Translations under genes and position numbers: made by a program | Part shown: in pieces, positions 57,248 to 64,000 of the stretch | How positions within the stretch are numbered: position 1 is the stretch's first letter | How the letters are laid out: each line of letters opens with the position of its first letter | Source of the DNA: an uncultured Pseudobdellovibrionaceae bacterium | Lineage (GTDB): Bacteria; Bdellovibrionota; Bdellovibrionia; Bdellovibrionales; UBA1609 | Direction: 5' to 3' | DNA length: 64,000 bases | Assembly (NCBI GenBank): GCA_963803705.1 | Contig: CAWDNU010000004.1 | Location: forward strand, 320,001 to 384,000 | The notes under the pieces: generated by a model | Told to the model about the DNA's origin: nothing | The model's input: only the letters and a program-made list of their open reading frames with translations | Database searches by the model: none

Positions 57248-57496
57248 TTGGCTATAGTGATCATGAAAAAAGTTTCGCAAATGGATTTAGTGAGAATTGC
57301 GATTCGTGGAATTTTCAAGTCTTTAGATGATGAGAAAAGGTTGGAATGTCATTGTTCTTCAGATTTTGAAATTGAACAAAAGAAATCGAGTAGAATGATT
57401 GGATTAGATGGAGAGCTAAAGAAAATCAGCGCTCCTTTCCTAGTCAAAAGCATTCCAAAAGGCCTTAACTTGGTGGTGCCAGAAAGTGTTAAATAA
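57248..57496 (+). pseudogene. C-terminal fragment of a diacylglycerol/lipid kinase family gene
   Basis: IGLDGE..SAP..IPKGLNLVVP tail only; GGDGT catalytic domain absent. Confidence 0.7.
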
Positions 57497-58340
57497 AACT
57501 GCTGAGGCTTGCAACTTTAAAGCAAATGTAAAGATTATTCAGATATCTGATCTTCACTTTGGCACGGTTTTACCAGAAGTCGAACGGGCGTTGAAGGTCG
57601 CAATAGAGAGTTTGCAAGCAGATATTTTGATTGTTTCTGGTGATATCACTCAAAGAGCTACAAGTTCGCAATTCCGTGCAGCCAAGATCTTTATCGAATC
57701 TTTGGATGTTAAACATAAATTGATTGTACCTGGAAATCACGACATATCATTATTTAAGTTATGGGAACGATTATTTTATCCGTACCGCAAATTTAAAGAA
57801 CATTTCGGCATTATGTTTCCCAGAACTCTTAATATCAGCAACGTATCTATCTGTGTTTTAAACTCGACCAATCCCTGGCGACATATACAAGGTGATTTCA
57901 GTTACGATAAGAGCCAGCTAACTAAGCTTTTTGATAAACAAGACTCTGCTTTTAGTCTGGTTGTTTTTCACCACCCAATGGATTGTCGTAAACCTATGGA
58001 CGAAAAAAATCTTTTGAAAGATAGAACATCCAGAGTTCACGATTTCCATAATGCTGGAATAGATTTAATATTGGGCGGGCATATTCATGATCCTCATGTA
58101 GCTCTATCAAATGATAGGTAACCAGAACTAAATAAAAATATTGTTATGGCAGTAGCGGGCACTGCCACTTCATGGCGGACAAGGTCTGTGCCGAACTCAT
58201 TTAATTTTATCGAAATTTCCAAAAGTGCAAATGATTTTTCACTAACTCGATTTGATCTCTCTACAGAATTTAGGTTTAAAGCGAATATGAAAAATTTATT
58301 TAATCGTGATAAGACCGGCAACTGGCGTGAAATCAAGTAA
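57486..58340 (+). pseudogene. Calcineurin-like metallophosphoesterase (CpdA/Icc-like) with in-frame stop
   Basis: SDLHFG, SGDITQ, PGNHD, HHP, GHIH; TAA at 58119-58121 with the frame continuing into AGTATSWR..PNSFN. Confidence 0.85.
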
Positions 58341-58379
58341 ATAACAGTTAACTTAAAGCTTTGATATTATAGCGTCCGG

Positions 58380-59891
58380 CTAAGTGAGTTTGAAGGGTGT
58401 AGAATTCTGAGGCTTAAATCCAAAGTACTCTGTGGGGACACCCATTAACCTAGCTAAAGACACAAATACATCACCTTGGGTTTGCATACTCACTAGACTT
58501 CCGCTTCTAGACCAACCTGAAGGTACTAAGTCCCCACCTCTGGTAAGGGTTTTAAGGTTAGTAGAAGTTCCGATTTTTTGCTCTCCCCTAATAATTCTTC
58601 CTGATCGGATGCCCTTTCCCCTACCACCGATAAGTATTATTGGCTTTCTTCGACGATCGTGATTTCCTGTAGAAATTTCGCCTGTGAGCATGATGCAGGT
58701 GTTTTCGAGCAAAGGCTGGCCATCAGCATCATTCGTTGTAGCCAAGTCTTGTACAAACCTGCCGATAGCATCAAAAAACATTTTATTTGAACCCTTCATG
58801 CAAAGCATTGGGTTGATGTCGCCTCTGTCTAATCCCCACTTGTAGTGCGAGACCAAGTGATGAAAATTATTGTCTGCAGGGCTGCTGCCCGTGGCTGTCC
58901 AAGATTGGTTTATTAAATCCATACCAGTGTGGTTTGTCCCACTTTTGTCTGTCCACTTTAACACCGAAACAGGTAAGTCCCCTGTCGTCTCCATAACGCC
59001 TATACGGTGAGTATCAGCTAAAAATGCTAACTTCATCATTTGAAGAGAGTATTCTAATCGAGCAATTGGATTGCCCAAATCTCCAGAAAATTTTCCAGGA
59101 TCAGAAATCGCTTTAAGAACTGATTTGATTTGATCATTAGCTGGATCAGCTTGCTGAATCGATTTTTCGAAATTAAAAATTTTTGAACGCTCAGTACCTT
59201 CTCGAGTGATTAATCGTTTGAGGATATTTACGTCTTGACCCAACAATTTGAACACTTCAGCATTAATTTGTTTTGCCTTTAAATCATCGGGATTTCCACC
59301 CGCTTGAAAATTTAAAATTGGAGTGATTAGTTCTTTATATAGTTGTTCTAAGTTTCGGGCTTCTATTGGTCGAATTGCTGTTCCGCGATCATCGAAACAA
59401 AGTGGATGTCTTCCGGTTGTGTTAGCGATACGAGCCACTCGTGCATCTAACTTTTTACCAAGATACCAATCAAATGATTCACTTAAGGGTGAATTGAATA
59501 GCAGCTCAGCTGAAGACATTTCATTTTCCACACAAGCGTTCGTTAGAATGTTTGCATATGAGTGATCATGAGCATTTCCCCAATTGGTTCCTCGCAAATT
59601 TTCTATAATTGTAACGTGCTCTTTATAGGGGTTCAAAGATGACATATAATCCGGCAATCGAAACCCTAAAGAAGCGCCCGCGTCGACTGTTGCTATTTCA
59701 TCCTCGTTATCTTGCCTAATTGTCCAACCAAAGTACTTGGACACAATCAGTAGACGCATAGGTGTAGCTCCGCTAGCGGCGAAAGTTCGATAAATAGGTA
59801 AGGATCCAGCTAGGAATGCCCCGGCAGAAGCCGTTGAAGTCATTTTCAGGAAGTCTCTTCGATTTAACTTTTTAAAATCCATCGTAATCAC
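58380..59891 (-). CDS. DUF1552 family Tat-exported protein
   Basis: NRRDFLK Tat motif, P..MSSLNPY, ESFD, HHLVSH, DADGQPLLENT, GNH....PIILIGG. Confidence 0.8.
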   Translation of the reverse strand: MITMDFKKLNRRDFLKMTSTASAGAFLAGSLPIYRTFAASGATPMRLLIVSKYFGWTIRQDNEDEIATVDAGASLGFRLPDYMSSLNPYKEHVTIIENLRGTNWGNAHDHSYANILTNACVENEMSSAELLFNSPLSESFDWYLGKKLDARVARIANTTGRHPLCFDDRGTAIRPIEARNLEQLYKELITPILNFQAGGNPDDLKAKQINAEVFKLLGQDVNILKRLITREGTERSKIFNFEKSIQQADPANDQIKSVLKAISDPGKFSGDLGNPIARLEYSLQMMKLAFLADTHRIGVMETTGDLPVSVLKWTDKSGTNHTGMDLINQSWTATGSSPADNNFHHLVSHYKWGLDRGDINPMLCMKGSNKMFFDAIGRFVQDLATTNDADGQPLLENTCIMLTGEISTGNHDRRRKPIILIGGRGKGIRSGRIIRGEQKIGTSTNLKTLTRGGDLVPSGWSRSGSLVSMQTQGDVFVSLARLMGVPTEYFGFKPQNSTPFKLT

Positions 59892-59898
59892 ACCTTTT

Positions 59899-61998
59899 TT
59901 ATTTTCGTTTTAACGCAGTCACGGAATTAACAAGGTTCAGTAACATATTTTTTAAATTGGGTTGGGTTGATTTGCTTAGTGACTTATCCACTTTTTCAAA
60001 AAAACATTTATTATCTTTGGTCTTGTTTTCGCCCACAATGTACTCTTGTAATCTCTGATTCATACATGTTTTAAAATGGTTGGTACTTGTCAATTTCTTG
60101 GCGAACTCAACACCGTCGGCATAATTTATATCCAGATTTCCAATTCCATTAAGTTCCCCCGAAGAATCAACATCAACTCTGTACTCACTTCCTTCGTACT
60201 GAAAAGTCTCTTCAGTGCTGAAGTATCCAAGGTTACTAAAGTTTTCGTAAGCACCGCCAACATTGTCGATTGTTTGGTGACAGAAAAAACAAGCTGTTTG
60301 TTGTGAGTGTAAAGCCTCAAACTTTTGACGGTTGGTGAGCTTTGTAGGATCGAATCCTGGTGGTTCTTCTTCGGCAGCGTTAACTTCTGCTGGGGCGGCT
60401 GGTAGTTCATTACATAAAAGCTGTTCTATTGTAAAAACCCCACGCTTTACCATTCCCGAGTTGGTTGGGTTAGAGTGTGAGGCTAAGAATGCTGGATGGG
60501 TCAAAATACCGTGACGCTCGTCACTGCTAAAATTTTTTACAACGATTTCTGATCTATCTGCAGGATAGGTATCTAGGACACTAGGAATTACTCCAAAAAA
60601 TGGTGCAGATCTAAAGCTCACATCATAATCCGTACCAGAAAAAATACGATTATATTCTAGTGAGTTCCCAAGTTTTCTTTCAATGTAGCGATCTGTTTCA
60701 TTTTGTAGGTCTCGGCGGCGGGCAATTTCTCGCTCGTACGTCCAAAGTGCCATAGAGTTAAATGCAGGACCAAAATATTTTCTAACATACCACTTTGCAA
60801 AGTCAGTATATTTTTTACCATCGTCAGTTTCAATATTACCGACTTTTAGTAGGTCTTTAAGATAAGTTACCATCATATCTTTTGCTGACTGCGTTCCTGT
60901 TAGCCGGTTAACCTGATTTACTAGTTCGACTTGATTTATTAGTTCCCCTTTTTTTGCTTTATCATAAAGTTGTGAATCAGGAGGACCATCAAGAAGTGTA
61001 AACGATAAAAATGAAGCGATCTCGTAATCATCGAGTTGAAATAGATTATCTGTGTCTTGGCCTAGAAATCCAACTTCAGCACGATATAGAAATGAGGGAC
61101 TTAATAAAAAGTAAGTGTTGAAGGCGTCCCACTGATCAGCCGCACTTAGACCCGCGACTTCTAGTCTTTTCAAAGACGCTCTTATTTCTGTTTTCATTTC
61201 TGTAGATACTGGTCTTCGAATTAACTTTTCAGCAACATTTTCAAACGCATGGTTGAGGCAAGCGTCGGTTATCATGGAATCACGACATGAACTATTAAGA
61301 TAAAGGGCATTATGATTACGCACCCTGCCGACATTTGAAAAAACAGAATCTCTCCATAGTCTAAAGGTGTAGGGATCTACAGTTAGTCTGCTAGAGTCGT
61401 TATCAAAACCCGTGTGAACCGATGAAACGGTAAACATCTTGGTATTAATCTTGTCACCTGTATAGTTGCCGTATATTGAGCGAAGCACTTTACTTAATTG
61501 ATCTGAACTTAATCTACGAACTTTTTTAGAAGCAACCTCTTGCTGAGGAGTACAAGAATTTTTAAGCTGGCAAAAATCATTGATTCCAACAACCGAAATA
61601 AAAGCTTCAATACTTCTGTATTCAGGACTAGTAACGTCAAATAACTTTCCACCTGAGTGAGCTACTGAATTAGTAGGTTTTTTCAACAGGGTGCTTTCAC
61701 CAATGGCTTCTACATTAACCAAAGAATAAACAGATTCTATTGAAGTCTTGTCAGCAATACCTGGCCCGAATTGGAACCTGGTGTTTTCAGCAGAGCCTCC
61801 AGTCCCATGGCAGCTGGCACAGTTTTTAGTTTCGAAAATAGGTTTGACGCTCATTAAATAGCTATTTTCAATAGACTTTTCGCAACTAGCAGAGCCGCTG
61901 ACTGAAGACAGGTCGACAGCTTTTAAGCCCCCACAACCAGTTAGAATAAGGGTAAGTCCACATAGCAGTTTTAGAGTCACTATTTGATTTACTGTCAT
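59899..61998 (-). CDS. DUF1592/DUF1588-type cytochrome c lipoprotein
   Basis: LTGC lipobox, CASCH, VRRLS, SPSFLYR, YEIASFLSF..GPPD, RHGILTHPAFL, KRG..EQLLC, CFFCH. Confidence 0.85.
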   Translation of the reverse strand: MTVNQIVTLKLLCGLTLILTGCGGLKAVDLSSVSGSASCEKSIENSYLMSVKPIFETKNCASCHGTGGSAENTRFQFGPGIADKTSIESVYSLVNVEAIGESTLLKKPTNSVAHSGGKLFDVTSPEYRSIEAFISVVGINDFCQLKNSCTPQQEVASKKVRRLSSDQLSKVLRSIYGNYTGDKINTKMFTVSSVHTGFDNDSSRLTVDPYTFRLWRDSVFSNVGRVRNHNALYLNSSCRDSMITDACLNHAFENVAEKLIRRPVSTEMKTEIRASLKRLEVAGLSAADQWDAFNTYFLLSPSFLYRAEVGFLGQDTDNLFQLDDYEIASFLSFTLLDGPPDSQLYDKAKKGELINQVELVNQVNRLTGTQSAKDMMVTYLKDLLKVGNIETDDGKKYTDFAKWYVRKYFGPAFNSMALWTYEREIARRRDLQNETDRYIERKLGNSLEYNRIFSGTDYDVSFRSAPFFGVIPSVLDTYPADRSEIVVKNFSSDERHGILTHPAFLASHSNPTNSGMVKRGVFTIEQLLCNELPAAPAEVNAAEEEPPGFDPTKLTNRQKFEALHSQQTACFFCHQTIDNVGGAYENFSNLGYFSTEETFQYEGSEYRVDVDSSGELNGIGNLDINYADGVEFAKKLTSTNHFKTCMNQRLQEYIVGENKTKDNKCFFEKVDKSLSKSTQPNLKNMLLNLVNSVTALKRK

Positions 61999-62481
61999 AA
62001 GACTTTCTTCGGTCTTACAGACTTTGATCCTTACCAAATAACAAATATAAATGTTTAAAATTTAGCATAAAGGCTCAATATGAGATTTTTCATGGAGCAA
62101 AAGAAGATTCAGCGTTAGTAGGTATTAAAATGTGTATCAAGTCAGGAAAACCGTTGCGATTATGATCCTTCAATTTGCACCTGCAGTGAAAAACCTTTAT
62201 CTGAAAGATGGTCTATCGCTTGGTCATCCGTTGAATCCTTGGCGCCAAGACAATAAAATTACTGAGCAGCTGGCATAAAACTTGAATTATTTTAAGTTGT
62301 TAGCGTCCATTAATGTTCATCCGGAGGAAGATAATTAGTTGTCAAATTAGCCAGGTCTTCAAGTTATAAATTAAAGAAAACTATGCGAAGTCAACATGTA
62401 GCAAAAGTGTAGCACCCAGAAAAATAACTTTTTATAGATTCACAGTTATATTGAAAATTACTTTAGCATCCAGTCATTACC

Positions 62482-63039
62482 CTACTTTTTAAAATTTAAA
62501 AATCGTGAACAGTTCGATCCGCTAGAAATTATTTTAGGCAATTGAAAATAATTCTTCACAGCACCAACTAACAACTTATGATTAGTATTAGGAACTGGTG
62601 TGGCGCCCCTGGCCAAACTAATTTGATAGGATCTGAATTCACTGAAACCCTCAAAACTTGAGCGGCGCAGATCATTTACAAAATTACTAAAAATGGTTCT
62701 AAGCAAATAAAACTGATATGGAACTTTAATTGTTTCTGCAAAACTTTTGGCAAGTAAGCTTCGGTGCTGCCACCCTGTCGTCACAGCCAGAAATTCATAG
62801 CCGCTGGATAAAATTGTCAGATCTTGATTTCTGGTCATTGGAAGGTTTTGAACTTTAGATGCTGTCAGACGAAGGTAGATGTAAATAATTGTAAGGCTTC
62901 GACCTAAACTAACATATATATATTCGTCTTCAGAGTAATGGGCTCTAATAAATTGGGACCAACTGGTTCTAACAGTGTTAGTTACAATGTATAATTTGAA
63001 CATAATATACACAATACAATTTGAAGACCAATAGCTCAT
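62482..63039 (-). CDS. Hypothetical ORF (doubtful or degraded)
   Basis: 185 codons open in AT-rich DNA, but no RBS or motif. Confidence 0.3.
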   Translation of the reverse strand: MSYWSSNCIVYIMFKLYIVTNTVRTSWSQFIRAHYSEDEYIYVSLGRSLTIIYIYLRLTASKVQNLPMTRNQDLTILSSGYEFLAVTTGWQHRSLLAKSFAETIKVPYQFYLLRTIFSNFVNDLRRSSFEGFSEFRSYQISLARGATPVPNTNHKLLVGAVKNYFQLPKIISSGSNCSRFLNFKK

Positions 63040-63242
63040 TTGCGTGACATTATTTTACTGTGCTTGGAGCTATAGTGTTCTTTTAATATTGAATCCTGTT
63101 TCTTATATTCATAATCTCTTTGATCTTTGAGGGTTACAATTTTACCCAGTGAAAATCTTGAATACCAAAAAAGACTTTTATTAGCTGAACTCAATACCTG
63201 ACCAACAAACTTACTGCTTTGCCACTTTTTATTCGCATTAGT

Positions 63243-63827
63243 TCATTTTTCAGAAATGATAGTTTTAAAATTTGCTGTTGCTCTTGTAAGTTTTGGCCTG
63301 GGTTGAATCACGGCTCGATCGCTGCTAGAAATAGAGGCCTTGCCTCCTATAGACTCTAGGTTGCCGTAGAATTTAGAGATAACCTCTTGAAAATAGTTAG
63401 AGGTGATAGTGGAACCACCTAACACATTAACTTGCATCACTTTACTACCATTTTTTTTTGATCCTTCGATCCGGTAAGAAACTTTTAGCTTAGATCCCAG
63501 ACAGTTTTTGGATCTATTTTTGCTTTTACAGTACATATCGTAAGTGTAATAAAGTAAGTATCCGAATGAAACATCTGCGCCGTTTATAGGATTTTTTTTA
63601 GAATTCCAGAAATTCAATTTATTGCCGTAGAACCAGCCTAAGTTATTAGTGGGTCTACGCTTAAGCTTAGGTGAGTAGATCCAATCTACAACACTTATTG
63701 TTTTACTATAGTCTTTTTGAACTTGGGTGGATTTAGACACATTGGTAGCGTTAGTAAATAGCAATAAAACCGGTAGCAGAACCATTGAACTGGCAATTTT
63801 TTTCATCTTTGTAGTTTTCATGGTCAC
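63243..63827 (-). CDS. Secreted basic hypothetical protein
   Basis: AGGGG RBS, signal peptide, two Cys. Confidence 0.65.
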   Translation of the reverse strand: MTMKTTKMKKIASSMVLLPVLLLFTNATNVSKSTQVQKDYSKTISVVDWIYSPKLKRRPTNNLGWFYGNKLNFWNSKKNPINGADVSFGYLLYYTYDMYCKSKNRSKNCLGSKLKVSYRIEGSKKNGSKVMQVNVLGGSTITSNYFQEVISKFYGNLESIGGKASISSSDRAVIQPRPKLTRATANFKTIISEK

Positions 63828-64000
63828 CCCTTATATAATAACTACTCGTCTTTTAGGTTGTTTGATTTAAGAGTATAGTTCTAATTTTTTATTTTGAAGT
63901 TTAGTTTTCATTAAAGAGCTGCAAATGTGTTTGGTTGAAAAATTAAAAGTCTCGTTATTATACCGCAGCTTGACCCTAAAGCTTGAAACCTAAAATACTA

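Noticed and set aside
58119..58121. Stop-codon recoding as the explanation for in-frame stops (also 42568, 51027, 51550)
   Set aside because: TAA and TAG terminate many intact core genes here, and the stops cluster in decayed genes
1684..60514. Short antisense or nested ORFs (e.g. 1684-1944, 7412-7651, 10272-10589, 23908-24262, 32344-32649, 53972-54361, 58094-58662, 60076-60514)
   Set aside because: They lie within well-supported genes and show no motifs or RBS; shadow ORFs
62040..62480. Possible ncRNA or gene remnant upstream of the DUF1592 gene
   Set aside because: No convincing structure or recognisable reading frame by eye

Overview
AT-rich bacterial chromosomal DNA, most consistent with a predatory Bdellovibrionota genome. 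This is inferred from the TIGR02147 regulators, GxGGD lipoproteins, many Cys-rich secreted orphans and CCGATA sigma28-like promoters. About 1-29 kb is mostly core genes: efp, TPR-tamB-tamA, an MnmC-type methyltransferase divergent from a TIGR01212 radical SAM/ferredoxin/gpmA operon, dedA, fadD, an M17 aminopeptidase and an SDR. These are interleaved with large secreted proteins, a pilin-like gene and a diheme cytochrome/beta-barrel gene. A tRNA-His (29234-29309) is followed by a ~23 kb decayed accessory region with no visible integrase. It holds secreted cargo, two EF-hand alpha/beta hydrolases, two TIGR02147 regulators, an IS481, several pseudogenes, and two copies (one intact, one unannotated fragment) of a possible conjugation-like gene. 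The right end carries mpg, dcp, an MltF-like gene, a broken DAGK/metallophosphoesterase pair and a DUF1552/DUF1592 pair. The best leads are: (i) a shared post-signal-peptide A-x-x-C-[TS]-x-[YF]-L motif on three unrelated secreted proteins; (ii) a second, internal signal-peptide-like motif in two large secreted proteins; (iii) a possible hybrid mnm5s2U tRNA-modification cluster; (iv) a cytochrome-porin fusion with a divergent lipoprotein cytochrome. All family calls are by eye from motifs; no searches were run.
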